A stretch of 64,000 bases of DNA from Actinomycetota bacterium (GCA_041180285.1 JBEGRV010000002.1:2813-66812), one strand, 5' to 3'. Positions 46,903 to 56,816 are shown, counted from the stretch's first letter. The notes: generated from the letters alone by a model not told the origin. Numbers and translations are program-made.

Positions 46903-47796
46903 TTACAGTGCCGGAGCGGCCAGACCTAGTGCAAAAAACGCCGAATAGGTAAGTGCAGCAAAGCTGGTCAGCTTCAAAGCCAAAATGAGTTCTTTTGCCG
47001 TTTTGGCCTTAGCCACAATCAGTGTTGTGGGCGCCACCAGAAGCAGTGTAGAAATCGAAAAAATCACCGCCGGGTAAATAAGTGCCACCGGCACGGCCAG
47101 CGCAAGCGGCATCCAAATCATGAAATAAAACAGCCACTTACCCGCCCTCGAGCCAAGCTTTACGGCGAGGGTTCTCTTTTTCGCAATAATGTCGGTCTCG
47201 CGATCTCGAATGTTGTTGACCATCAGGACAGCAGCGGCGAATAGACCAACCCCGGTGCCACCGATAATCGCGTTCAAATCGAAGTATCCAATTTGGATGA
47301 ATGCGGTTCCGTAGGTGGCGACCAATCCAAAAAAGATAAATACAGCTACCTCGCCTAAACCGGCGTACCCGTAGGGGTTCTTACCCCCGGTGTAAAACCA
47401 AGCGGCCAAAATTGCGGCCGCTCCGACGGCTATGAACCACCAGTGCTGGGTAATCAAAACGATCGCTAATCCGCAAACTGCAGCGATTGCAAAGAAAGCA
47501 AAGGCGGCAATTTTGACGGCCTCTGGTCTAACAGATTTTGAACCGGTGAGACGAAGCGGGCCAACCCTAAATTCATCGGTGCCGCGAATTCCATCCGAAT
47601 AATCATTTGCATAATTGACCCCGATTTGCAGGGCCAACGCCACCGCAAGGGCGAGTGCACTTAAGAGCAAATCAAATTTTTGCAGGCTAGCCGCTGCCCC
47701 TGCCCCAATCAACACCGGAGCAACTGCAAGGGGCAAAGTTCTTAGGCGTGCACCTGCCAGCCAGAGCTGCAGAGACGAAGGTTTTCTAGCGGCCAA
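46903..47796 (-). CDS. menA: DHNA polyprenyltransferase
   Basis: RLRTLP, NYANDYSDG..GTD, YTGG..PYGY, VNNIRD..TD...KRTL. Confidence 0.95.
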   Translation of the reverse strand: MAARKPSSLQLWLAGARLRTLPLAVAPVLIGAGAAASLQKFDLLLSALALAVALALQIGVNYANDYSDGIRGTDEFRVGPLRLTGSKSVRPEAVKIAAFAFFAIAAVCGLAIVLITQHWWFIAVGAAAILAAWFYTGGKNPYGYAGLGEVAVFIFFGLVATYGTAFIQIGYFDLNAIIGGTGVGLFAAAVLMVNNIRDRETDIIAKKRTLAVKLGSRAGKWLFYFMIWMPLALAVPVALIYPAVIFSISTLLLVAPTTLIVAKAKTAKELILALKLTSFAALTYSAFFALGLAAPAL

Positions 47797-48871
47797 AATC
47801 TAACTCCTCAAATATTTTCGCAACGGCTAGTAAATCAGTCTTACCGTTTGCCAACCTAGGTAGCTGATCAACCCGCACCACTCGTACTGGCTTGCCGGCC
47901 GGGCCTAAAGCCTCAGCCAGCTGCAGCGCGATATCATCGGCCACCTCTGGGCTACCGACATAGACCAAGCCAACTCGCTGGCCCCACTCTGCATCGGCCA
48001 GCGCCGAAGCGGCGATTGCCTCGACTCCACTTACCTTGAGGGCCGTTGCCTCAAGGTGATCCAAAGAGATTTTTAGTCCACCTGAATTGATGACCCGGTC
48101 TCGGCGCCCCAGCACTCGAAGGCGGCCGAACTCGTCCAACTCCCCTAGATCACCAGTTAGGTGATCGTTTAGCTTAATTTGGCCTTCAACAATTTCTACT
48201 CGCACGCCACTCAACGGCACACCGTCATAGACGCATCCGCCTGCCGTTTCGGTAGCGCCATAGGTGACTGAATAGCGAATACCGTGAGCATCGAAAACTT
48301 CGAGGTCTTCAGCATTTGGCGCCTGACCACCGATAAGAATTCGATCAAATCGTTTTAGCTGTTCGAGCAACATTTCATCGCCGCTCAGGGCAGCCACCAG
48401 CCGACTCACCTGGGTGGGCACCAGTGATGTGTAACGGCGTTCACCGCTCATCAAACTTGCAGCTCGAGAAAAACCCTCGGGAGTAAATGGCAATTGTGCA
48501 TTCATCATCACCGGATGAGTTTCGGCAACCAGAGACCGGATTAACACGTTCGCCCCGGCTATGTAATTAATCGGTAGGGCAAGCAGCCATTGGCCGTGGC
48601 CACCCAAATATTCAGCGGATGCGTTAGCGCTCTGAATCAGCTGAGCGGTGGAGAGTTCAATTCTCTTCGGCACTCCGGTCGAACCAGACGACTCAATAAT
48701 CAGCGCAACCGAGTCGTCGACCTCATCGGGTAAGCCATGGACTTCGGGTAATTTTCCGTTGACTTCGGGAGGGGTAACAAAAACCGCTTGCCTCTCGGCT
48801 AAGACCTCAGCGAATGCTAGTAGTGCCGAAAAAGTATCGTTAGCGGCAATAAGTTTTAGCGGTTTTGGCAT
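47786..48871 (-). CDS. menE: O-succinylbenzoate--CoA ligase
   Basis: SSGSTGVPK, SLVPTQ, YGATET, TGDLG, GR.D..I.SGG, NGK; located in the men cluster. Confidence 0.88.
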   Translation of the reverse strand: MPKPLKLIAANDTFSALLAFAEVLAERQAVFVTPPEVNGKLPEVHGLPDEVDDSVALIIESSGSTGVPKRIELSTAQLIQSANASAEYLGGHGQWLLALPINYIAGANVLIRSLVAETHPVMMNAQLPFTPEGFSRAASLMSGERRYTSLVPTQVSRLVAALSGDEMLLEQLKRFDRILIGGQAPNAEDLEVFDAHGIRYSVTYGATETAGGCVYDGVPLSGVRVEIVEGQIKLNDHLTGDLGELDEFGRLRVLGRRDRVINSGGLKISLDHLEATALKVSGVEAIAASALADAEWGQRVGLVYVGSPEVADDIALQLAEALGPAGKPVRVVRVDQLPRLANGKTDLLAVAKIFEELDFGR

Positions 48872-48879
48872 TGGTCAGA

Positions 48880-49791
48880 TTAGTAATGCCACGGGTAGGG
48901 CGACCAGTCTGGATCGCGCTTTTGCAAAAATGAGTCGCGCCCCTCAACAGCCTCATCGCTACCGTAGGCGAGACGTGTTGCCTCGCCGGCAAATAACTGC
49001 TGACCGACAAGGCCATCGTCAACGGCGTTGAATGCATATTTCAACATGCGTATCGATTGCGGTGACTTGCGAAGAATTTCGGCAGCCCACTCGATTCCAG
49101 TTTTCTCCAGGAGCAGGTGCGGCACCACCGCATTAACCACTCCCATTTCATAGGCCCGCTGAGCTGAGTATTCCTGCCCAAGGAAGAAGATTTCACGAGC
49201 AAATTTTTGCCCGGTTTGACGAGCCAAGTAGGCACTTCCGTAACCTGCATCAAACGAGCCAACATCGGCATCGGTCTGCTTGAATTTGGCATGCTCTTCG
49301 CTGGCGATCGAAAGATCAGCGACGACGTTTAGTGAGTGGCCACCGCCTGCCGCCCAGCCCGGAACCAAAGCGATAACAACTTTCGGCATGAAACGAATCA
49401 GACGCTGCACCTCAAGAATGTGTAGCCGACCAGCTCGGGTTGAATCGACGGTTTCAGCCGTTTCACCATCAGCATATTTATAACCGTCACGGCCACGAAC
49501 GCGCTGGTCACCGCCGCTGCAGAAGGCCCAACCGCCGTCTTTCGGCGATGGCCCGTTTCCGGTGAGTAACACCACCCCAATCTTCGAGTCGGTGCGTGCG
49601 TGCTCAAGTGCCTGATACAGCTCATCGACGGTTTTTGGCCTGAATGCGTTTCTAACCTCTGGGCGATTGAAAGCGATGCGAACAATACCCAGCTCGACAT
49701 GCCGGTGGTAGGTCACATCGGTGAATGCCTCAAACCCTGAGACCGAAGCCCAAACCTGCTCGTCGAAAAGCTCTGAAACCATAGCTGCCAT
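48880..49791 (-). CDS. menB: 1,4-dihydroxy-2-naphthoyl-CoA synthase
   Basis: RPEVRNAF, AFCSGGDQ, GWAAGGGH, VGSFDAGYG. Confidence 0.97.
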   Translation of the reverse strand: MAAMVSELFDEQVWASVSGFEAFTDVTYHRHVELGIVRIAFNRPEVRNAFRPKTVDELYQALEHARTDSKIGVVLLTGNGPSPKDGGWAFCSGGDQRVRGRDGYKYADGETAETVDSTRAGRLHILEVQRLIRFMPKVVIALVPGWAAGGGHSLNVVADLSIASEEHAKFKQTDADVGSFDAGYGSAYLARQTGQKFAREIFFLGQEYSAQRAYEMGVVNAVVPHLLLEKTGIEWAAEILRKSPQSIRMLKYAFNAVDDGLVGQQLFAGEATRLAYGSDEAVEGRDSFLQKRDPDWSPYPWHY

Positions 49792-49808
49792 GAATCTAGA
49801 CTAACAAC
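49792..49808. promoter_or_regulatory. Bidirectional leaderless promoter with overlapping -10 elements
   Basis: 17-bp gap; TAGACT (+, 49797-49802) and TAGTCT (-, 49803-49798), each 6 nt from its start codon. Confidence 0.65.
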
Positions 49809-50813
49809 GTGAGTCACCGCGAACTTCCCGACCTAGCCGAACTGCGCTCAAGCGCCCGGGTAATTTCGCTGCCCTTGCGAACTAGATTTCGTGGCCTCAT
49901 CGAGCGCGAAGTTTTAGTTTTCGAGGGACCCCAGGGTTGGGCTGAATTTTCACCGTTTGTCGAATATCACGATGCAGAAGCCTCTGCTTGGCTGGCCGCA
50001 GCAATCGAATTTGCCTACCAGCCGACCCCTGCCCTGATCCGTGACAGCATCGAGATCAATGCCACCCTGCCTGCGGTTGAAGCAAAAGATGCAGCTCGCG
50101 TTCTCGAGCGGTACGGCAAATTCAGCACGGTGAAAATCAAAGTTGCCGAAACCGGCCAAACTATCAACCACGACTTAGCCCGAGTTTTCGAGGTTCAACG
50201 ACAGTTTCCAACTGCCAAAATTCGACTAGATGCCAACGGCCGGTACTCGGTTTCTGAGGCGATAGCGGTTACTGGTGCACTAATTGACAACGGCACTCAG
50301 ATCGAATACCTCGAGCAACCGGTGGCAACGCTTGAAGACATGACTCTGCTGAAACAAGAATTTCTCAAGCGCGGATGGCAGCTAAAACTAGCGGCGGATG
50401 AACTCATCCGAAAATCTGGTGATCCTGAAAAAGCCATCGAAAGTGGTTCAGTCGACGTGGTCATGTTGAAAGCCTCACCACTTGGCGGAGTAAGCCGGTG
50501 CCTTGAAATTGCGGCAGCCACAAATCTGCCGAAAGTAGTTTCAAGCGCACTAGAGAGTTCTATCGGATTAGCCATGGGGGCTCATCTCGCTGGAGCGTTG
50601 CCTGAACTGGACTATGCCTCAGGTCTGGGTACCGCAACCCTATTAGCCGGAGACGTCACAGACGACCCGCTTTTGGCAAAAGACGGCTCGATCGAAGTGC
50701 GACGAGTTACCGCCTCAGCAAGAAAACTTGAACTTTTCCAGGCCGAGGATCACCGCTATGACTGGTGGCTTGAGCGACTAGAGCGCTGCTACCGAGAGCT
50801 TCAGAATCGCTAA
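49809..50813 (+). CDS. menC: o-succinylbenzoate synthase
   Basis: RFRG..RE, EFSPF.EY, NATLPA, KIKV, DAN, EQP, DE, VSSALESSIG. Confidence 0.93.
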   Translation: MSHRELPDLAELRSSARVISLPLRTRFRGLIEREVLVFEGPQGWAEFSPFVEYHDAEASAWLAAAIEFAYQPTPALIRDSIEINATLPAVEAKDAARVLERYGKFSTVKIKVAETGQTINHDLARVFEVQRQFPTAKIRLDANGRYSVSEAIAVTGALIDNGTQIEYLEQPVATLEDMTLLKQEFLKRGWQLKLAADELIRKSGDPEKAIESGSVDVVMLKASPLGGVSRCLEIAAATNLPKVVSSALESSIGLAMGAHLAGALPELDYASGLGTATLLAGDVTDDPLLAKDGSIEVRRVTASARKLELFQAEDHRYDWWLERLERCYRELQNR

Positions 50814-50831
50814 CCGCACCTAGTCACTCGC

Positions 50832-51740
50832 TTACAGACCGCTGTAAACGTGCAGCCCTTTGAAGTACATGTTGACGATTGTGAAGTTGAAAATAATCGC
50901 AGAAAAACCAATCAGCGCAAGCCACGCAGAGCGCTTACCGGCCCAGCCACGAGTGGCATTAGCGTGCAGATAACCCGCGTAGAGCACCCAAATGATGAAG
51001 GTCCAAACCTCTTTGGTATCCCAACCCCAGTAGCGATGCCAGGCGCGCTCGGCCCAAATTGCACCGGCAATCAGCGTGAAGCTCCAGAGAATGAAGCCGA
51101 TGATGTTGAAACGATATGCCAGTTTTTCAAGTTTCTCACTGGCCGGGAACAGGTCAAGCACTCGACGCATTCTCGCAATTCCAGCTTTGGTGCCGCGCTT
51201 GAGCCAGTTGGCCTCTTTGAATAGGTAGGCGATTGAAAGGCCCGCGCCAATGTTGAAAAACGCAGTTGCGAGCACAGCCACAATCACGTGAATCACCAGC
51301 CAGTAACTCTGCAGTGCCGGCATCAGAGATTTGACCTCTACGTAAAAAGCGGAGGTGGCGATACCCAAGACCAAGAGGACGAAACCCGAGATAAAGGTTG
51401 CAATTAGTCGGATGTCGCGCAGCTTCAGCGCGAAGAGATAGATGGCCACCACAATGAATGCGCCGGTAATCGAGAATTCGTACATGTTGGCCCAGGGAAC
51501 TCGGGAGGCGGCAATACCGCGAAGCAAAACTCCGACAAAGTGCACTGCTGTGGCTGCACTCAAAAAGATGATTCCGATCTTTTCAAGCTTTCCGGCAGTA
51601 GCCTGCACCTTCTTTTTTTCGGATGCCAACTTGGATAGCTGGTTTGCAAAAACTAAGAAGGCCACCGTGTAAAGAGCCATTGACCCGTAAATAAATAGCA
51701 GTGAAATCTGTGAAAGATTTTCGTTGAGTACAACCTGCAT
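50832..51740 (-). CDS. ccsB: Cytochrome c biogenesis protein CcsB/ResC
   Basis: PWANMYE, LQSYWLVIH, GAIWAE.AW.RYWGWD.KE (WWD domain), GLHVYS. Confidence 0.93.
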   Translation of the reverse strand: MQVVLNENLSQISLLFIYGSMALYTVAFLVFANQLSKLASEKKKVQATAGKLEKIGIIFLSAATAVHFVGVLLRGIAASRVPWANMYEFSITGAFIVVAIYLFALKLRDIRLIATFISGFVLLVLGIATSAFYVEVKSLMPALQSYWLVIHVIVAVLATAFFNIGAGLSIAYLFKEANWLKRGTKAGIARMRRVLDLFPASEKLEKLAYRFNIIGFILWSFTLIAGAIWAERAWHRYWGWDTKEVWTFIIWVLYAGYLHANATRGWAGKRSAWLALIGFSAIIFNFTIVNMYFKGLHVYSGL

Positions 51741-51745
51741 TCCGG

Positions 51746-53305
51746 TTAGTCATCCTTCTTTTTTGTTTGATTTTGCTTCAATTCAGCCACAATTTCTGCC
51801 ACCACTTTTTCAAGCGCCGGGTCATCGCCTCGAGCCAGAGCAGCGGCTTCAAACCCGGTGGCGGTTTGCTTTACCCAAACCCTGCGCCTTGGCACCAAAA
51901 GGCTTAGGGCAACACCTGCAAGGGCTAACAACGCGAAAAGCAGCACCCAAATTCCGCCAGGGTTGTAACTAATGTCGAGCGAGGCGTAGCGCTTGTAGCC
52001 ATCGAAGGTGACGGTGCCCAATTTATTTGGGAGCTCGGCCGTTTCGCCCGGCTTTAAACGCAGCCCCGGAGTGCCCGATTTTCCACCGGCGACCTGAGTC
52101 ATGTTGCTGGTGTCAAGTGCGTACACGTTTTTTGGGATCCCGGCGTCAAGGCCGAGATCACCAACGTAAATGTTCATGGTGACCATTGGATCAACTGGCG
52201 CAGGGTAAAGCGAAGTTAGAGCACCCGACTCAAGTTCATCAACCGTGGGGTAGAAAAATGCGATGGCACCAAACTGTTTGGCGGCATCTGGAACCTTGAT
52301 TACACCCAGTGAGGTATAGCGAGCGTCTTGAGGGAGAAATGGTGTCGCCCCCGAGAACGTAACGTTTCCGTTTGTGTCTTTGAAGGTCAGCACCGGGGCG
52401 TAGCCGTTTCCGGTTAAGTAGAGGTTTGCGCCAGGCAGTTCCAGAGGTTCATTTACTCGAATCAGGCCTGATTTGACTTCACCCGTTCCCGCGATGTTGG
52501 CGGTTACAAAAGCACGAAAATCTAGCGGCATGCCAATGTTGGTTTGATTCACCAGGTCGAAATCAACTTCAAATTTGTCGAGTGAAACCGAGAACGGCAC
52601 CAGTTTTTCTTCGCTGAAAAATGTTCCGGGCGAAAGCGAATCGTAGCCTGCGAGATTGTTTACGAAGGTTTCGCCCTCAACAATTACTCGTTGCCCGCTG
52701 AAGCTGTTTCCGCCGCCGAATCCGACCGCAATCAAAACGCCAATCAGAGCTAGGTGAAAGACGAGGTTTCCAGTTTCACGCAGAAAGCCGCGTTCAGCTG
52801 AAACAGATGAGCCCTGCAGCTCAACCCGATAACCCTGGTTTTTGAGCAGCTGCTTAGCTCGCTGCAGTAGATCTTGATTTGCTTCAGCCGCAACTTTGGC
52901 TGCTGCGAAAGCCGGCATCCTTTTTAGGTTTGTGGGGGTCTTCACCAGTGGTTCGCGAAGAGCTCGGGCGTGCACAAATGTGCGTGGAACAACGCAGCCA
53001 ATCAGTGAGATGAACAACAAAATGTAGATGGCCGAAAACCAAACCGAGGTGTAAACATCAAAGAGTTGGAAAAAATCTAAAACTTCAGCAAGCTGCCCGT
53101 TGTTGTCAAAAAACTGTTTCACACCGTTTGGGTCTGCGCTGCGCTGCGGATAGACCGACCCCGGCACGGCAGCCACTGCAAGCATGAGCAGCAAAATCAA
53201 GGCGGTTCTCATTGAGGTCAATTGCCGCCAAGTCCAGCGTGCCCAGCCCAGTAAGCCGAGTTGCGGCTGCACTACATCGTCAGATTGCAAGTTGGAAATT
53301 TCCAA
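51746..53305 (-). CDS. resB: Cytochrome c biogenesis protein ResB
   Basis: LTSMRTALILL, VPGS..PQ, VY.S.WF, GNLVFH, VNEPL, PRRRVW. Confidence 0.92.
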   Translation of the reverse strand: MEISNLQSDDVVQPQLGLLGWARWTWRQLTSMRTALILLLMLAVAAVPGSVYPQRSADPNGVKQFFDNNGQLAEVLDFFQLFDVYTSVWFSAIYILLFISLIGCVVPRTFVHARALREPLVKTPTNLKRMPAFAAAKVAAEANQDLLQRAKQLLKNQGYRVELQGSSVSAERGFLRETGNLVFHLALIGVLIAVGFGGGNSFSGQRVIVEGETFVNNLAGYDSLSPGTFFSEEKLVPFSVSLDKFEVDFDLVNQTNIGMPLDFRAFVTANIAGTGEVKSGLIRVNEPLELPGANLYLTGNGYAPVLTFKDTNGNVTFSGATPFLPQDARYTSLGVIKVPDAAKQFGAIAFFYPTVDELESGALTSLYPAPVDPMVTMNIYVGDLGLDAGIPKNVYALDTSNMTQVAGGKSGTPGLRLKPGETAELPNKLGTVTFDGYKRYASLDISYNPGGIWVLLFALLALAGVALSLLVPRRRVWVKQTATGFEAAALARGDDPALEKVVAEIVAELKQNQTKKKDD

Positions 53306-54008
53306 GCACCTCCCACTGCAGCCAAGCCGTAAAGCTCTTCCAGATGCCAGTGGCCATCATGGTACCGAGCAGGATTAGCATCGTGCCGCCGGCGATATTG
53401 ACCGCCCTGATGTGGCGCTTCACAAAACCTACCGACTTGGTTGCCCAGCTGAAGCCAGCTGCCAAAGCCAGAAATGGCAGGCCGATACCGAGGGCGTAAA
53501 CCAACGCCAACAGCGCGCCACGAGTTGGGTCAGAGGCATCTGCCGCCAGGGTAAGCACAGCGGCGAGGGTTGGGCCAATGCATGGGGTCCAGCCGAGGCC
53601 GAAAGCAACTCCGAGCAGTGGCGCACCTACCAGCCCGAGATTTGCTGACACCTGAAACTTTAGAGTTCGCTGAAATATTGAAAACTGGCCCAGCATCACC
53701 AAACCAAAAGCGATAACCAGAACACCCAGTAACGGGTCAAGCCAGGCTGCGTTGGCCGTCAAAAACAGCGAACCTAGGCCGCCAAACAAGGCACCGAACG
53801 AAACAAATACTGCGGCAAACCCCAGGATAAATAATGCGGTTCCGATCAGCACCCGAGCTCGGCTGGCAGACATTCCAGCAACAAAGCCAAGGTAACCGGG
53901 GATGAGCGGCAGCACACAGGGGCTCAAAAACGAAACCAAGCCGGCCAGCAAAGCAAGCGGGATTGAGGCCAAAAGCGGGCCGTTGAGAACAATTTCGCCG
54001 GGGCTCAA
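53280..54008 (-). CDS. ccdA: Cytochrome c biogenesis protein CcdA
   Basis: SFLSPCVLPL.PGY, GWTPCIGP. Confidence 0.94.
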   Translation of the reverse strand: MSPGEIVLNGPLLASIPLALLAGLVSFLSPCVLPLIPGYLGFVAGMSASRARVLIGTALFILGFAAVFVSFGALFGGLGSLFLTANAAWLDPLLGVLVIAFGLVMLGQFSIFQRTLKFQVSANLGLVGAPLLGVAFGLGWTPCIGPTLAAVLTLAADASDPTRGALLALVYALGIGLPFLALAAGFSWATKSVGFVKRHIRAVNIAGGTMLILLGTMMATGIWKSFTAWLQWEVLGNFQLAI

Positions 54009-54611
54009 CTAGTCACCCTTTGCTGTCTTGATCAAGGTGTTCAAAATTGACTTATCGATTCGACCAAGCACGCGAGCGGTTACTTTTCCGTCGGCATCAA
54101 CCACCAGCGTGGTGGGCACGGCTGCCGGGGTAACAATTCCGGTGAACGCCAGAACCACTGACCCCGAAGTTGCATCGATGATTGATGGCCAGGTGATGCC
54201 AAATTTTTTGTCAAAGGCCAAGGCGGTCGCCGCACTATCGCGAACATTCACACCGACAAATTGAACATCTTTGTGGGTCTCAGCTAGCGACACCAAGTCG
54301 GGTGCTTCAGCGCGGCAAGGTGCACAGCCGGCGTACCAGAAATTGATAACGTGTGGCACACCCTTTAGCGCTGAGCTGGACAAAATTGCGCCGCTTTCAG
54401 TGCTTCCCGACCAGGCAACTGGCCCAGGTCTCGCACCCGCAGCAAACTCGGTTACTGACCCGTCACCGGCGATGTAGTTTTTGTTGTCTCCAGCCCTGAA
54501 TTGTTCTGCCAGGGGGTCATTCGAAGTGCAACCCGCAAGTGCAACCGTAAGGAACGAGGCGACCATGCCGACCACCAAAACGGTAGCCATGAATCGGTAG
54601 ATTTTTTTCAA
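54009..54611 (-). CDS. TlpA/ResA-family thiol-disulfide lipoprotein
   Basis: Lipobox LAGC, NFWYAGCAPCRAE, VPTT. Confidence 0.92.
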   Translation of the reverse strand: MKKIYRFMATVLVVGMVASFLTVALAGCTSNDPLAEQFRAGDNKNYIAGDGSVTEFAAGARPGPVAWSGSTESGAILSSSALKGVPHVINFWYAGCAPCRAEAPDLVSLAETHKDVQFVGVNVRDSAATALAFDKKFGITWPSIIDATSGSVVLAFTGIVTPAAVPTTLVVDADGKVTARVLGRIDKSILNTLIKTAKGD

Positions 54612-55243
54612 ACAGCACCTCGATCGGTCGCCGCTAGATTCGCGGCTGGTTCCCGATAGTCAACCAACACAAAACCGTCACCATTTCTTTCCAGCGAGGT
54701 GATGCTTGAGAGACTTACCTCTCGTTGCTTCGGATTGTGTTGCCAGGGCCGATTTGAAAGGGTTCGCTTGACGATTTCAATTGGCAGCTGATGCGAAACC
54801 AAAACTACATCTCCACCGTTTGCAGCCTGCCAGGCGTCGTGAATCGCTGCCAGCATCCGCTTTGAAATCTGTTCGTACGGTTCACCCCAGCTAGGTTGCT
54901 TTGGGTCGCGCAGGTGGTACCAAAGATGCGGGCGAATCGCGAGGTGTTTGGCGCTTAGCGCGCGGCCCTCGAAAACATTGGTTGGCTCGAGCAAGCGGTC
55001 GTCAAGCGAGGCCTCAAGGCCAAATTCATGAGCGATCGGAGCCGCAGATTCTTGAGTTCGCTGCAGGGGGCTCGAGATAAGCCCTATGACTTCGCGCCCT
55101 TGATTTTTCAGATCTCTGGCGGCGGCCGTTGCCATTTGCTGACCCAGTTCACTCAATCGAAAATTGGGGAGGCGGCCATACAGTACTGAATTGGGGTTAT
55201 GCACTTCACCATGGCGAATTAGATGGATGCGATTGGCGGGCAT
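54608..55243 (-). CDS. Histidine phosphatase family protein
   Basis: RHGEV.NP, SSPLQR, VSHQLPI. Confidence 0.92.
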   Translation of the reverse strand: MPANRIHLIRHGEVHNPNSVLYGRLPNFRLSELGQQMATAAARDLKNQGREVIGLISSPLQRTQESAAPIAHEFGLEASLDDRLLEPTNVFEGRALSAKHLAIRPHLWYHLRDPKQPSWGEPYEQISKRMLAAIHDAWQAANGGDVVLVSHQLPIEIVKRTLSNRPWQHNPKQREVSLSSITSLERNGDGFVLVDYREPAANLAATDRGAV

Positions 55244-55334
55244 GCCATAAGTCTACCCTCGGCTAAACTGGTCAAAACGAGGTGTTCAGCATCCTCTCAG
55301 GCGACGAGCCACACTACGAAAGCAAAGGTTTTTC

Positions 55335-56660
55335 ATGCGCGAGCGCACACTTGTCAAAGACTTAGCCGCAAGAACCGACGGCCCGGTAACCCTAGGCGGT
55401 TGGGTTGAGAAACTGCGCGACCAGAAGCGCATTCAATTCGTAATTTTGCGCGACGAATCGGGCGATGTTCAGGTCACCTACCCACGCCCAGTCATCAACG
55501 AACAGCCCGATGAAAATGACGCATTGGCTGCAAAAATTTCAACCCTGACCAGTGGCTCATTCGTATGGATCACCGGCCGTTTGGTGCATGACGAGCGCGT
55601 TAAGCTCGGCGGCCTTGAAATTCAGCTGGATGACCTTGAAATCGTCACCCTCGCTGACCCGGTGAGCCCAATTGCTGAAGACACCTCAATCGACAAGAGA
55701 CTTGACTGGCGTTTCCTTGATCTTCGCCGCACCGAGATGAACCTGGTGTTCCAGATTCAAACCACCATCGAGGCTGCTTGGCGCGAATACTGGGTTGAAA
55801 ACGGTTTCGTCGAAATTCACTCGCCTAAGTTGATGGCTTCGCCATCTGAGTCAAATGCCGAACTATTCAAACTTGAATATTTTGAGGGCAATGCCTACCT
55901 AGCTCAGTCGCCACAGTTCTACAAGCAGATGGCGATGATGTCTGGCCTAGGCCGAGTATTCGAAATTGGTCCGGTGTTCCGAGCAGACCCCTCATTCACC
56001 TCACGCCACGCCACCGAGTTTGTTTCGGTTGACATTGAGGTTTCTTGGATCGATTCTCACGAAGACATCATGGCGATTCAAGAGCAACTGTTGCACCGCG
56101 CACTAGCTGCAGTGAAAGAGAAACACGGCGATGCAATCTTGAAGAACTTCGGAGTCGAAGTGCAGGTTCCATCACTACCGTTCCCACGCATCTCACTTGC
56201 CGATGCGGTTGAGGTTATCAAGAGCCGAGGCCACGAAATTGTTCGTGGTGGTGACCTAGATCCTGAGGGTGAGCGCCAGATTGCCGCTCACATTGCCGAG
56301 AAGTTTGGCCACGAATTTGTTTTCGTAACTGACTACCCATCGACAGTTCGCCCGTTCTATCACATGCGCCATGATGACAATCCAGCGCTGACCAAGAGCT
56401 ACGACCTGATTTGGCGCGGAACCGAAATTACTACCGGCGCGCAACGCGAGCACCGCCTAGACGTTCTTACTGAGCAGGTCAAGCAGAAGGGGCTAGAGCC
56501 AGAGGGGCTTCAGACCTACCTTGATTTCTTCAAGTACGGCGCCCCCGCGCACGGCGGTTTCGGAATGGGCTTGCTTCGAGTGCTAATGCTGCTTCTGCAC
56601 CAGCCAAACATTCGCGAGGTTGGCTTCTTGTTCCGAGGGCCTAATCGCCTAGAGCCTTAG
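55335..56660 (+). CDS. aspS: Aspartate--tRNA ligase, short archaeal-type (probably non-discriminating)
   Basis: 441 aa, OB fold (F..LRD), LAQSPQFYKQ, FRA..S.T.RH..EF, EI..GAQREH, HGGFGMG..R; no bacterial GAD insertion. Confidence 0.92.
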   Translation: MRERTLVKDLAARTDGPVTLGGWVEKLRDQKRIQFVILRDESGDVQVTYPRPVINEQPDENDALAAKISTLTSGSFVWITGRLVHDERVKLGGLEIQLDDLEIVTLADPVSPIAEDTSIDKRLDWRFLDLRRTEMNLVFQIQTTIEAAWREYWVENGFVEIHSPKLMASPSESNAELFKLEYFEGNAYLAQSPQFYKQMAMMSGLGRVFEIGPVFRADPSFTSRHATEFVSVDIEVSWIDSHEDIMAIQEQLLHRALAAVKEKHGDAILKNFGVEVQVPSLPFPRISLADAVEVIKSRGHEIVRGGDLDPEGERQIAAHIAEKFGHEFVFVTDYPSTVRPFYHMRHDDNPALTKSYDLIWRGTEITTGAQREHRLDVLTEQVKQKGLEPEGLQTYLDFFKYGAPAHGGFGMGLLRVLMLLLHQPNIREVGFLFRGPNRLEP

Positions 56661-56662
56661 TT

Positions 56663-56815
56663 TTATTTTTTGGTCGGCTTGGTGAAGGCTTCAAGTGGGT
56701 CGGCGAATTTTGTAATGGTGCGATATGCCTTGCCTGCCGTCGGGTATTTCTTTGACAGCAACTTAAGTACGATCAGCAAAATCGGGAACCAGAATTTTTT
56801 GAGAATCCAACGCAT
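56663..56815 (-). CDS. Small 50-aa cationic hydrophobic protein (below the ORF-track cutoff)
   Basis: MRWILKKFWFPILLIVLKLLSKKYPTAGKAYRTITKFADPLEAFTKPTKK; ATG 1 nt after the glutaredoxin stop; fills the gap exactly. Confidence 0.6.
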   Translation of the reverse strand: MRWILKKFWFPILLIVLKLLSKKYPTAGKAYRTITKFADPLEAFTKPTKK

Positions 56816-56816
56816 T

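Noticed and set aside
40968-50813. Missing menH/menI in the men cluster
   Set aside because: These genes are often unlinked or unrecognised in actinobacteria, so absence from one window is uninformative.
55244-55334. T-box or riboswitch upstream of aspS
   Set aside because: The leader is only about 65 nt, with no T-box consensus or terminator.
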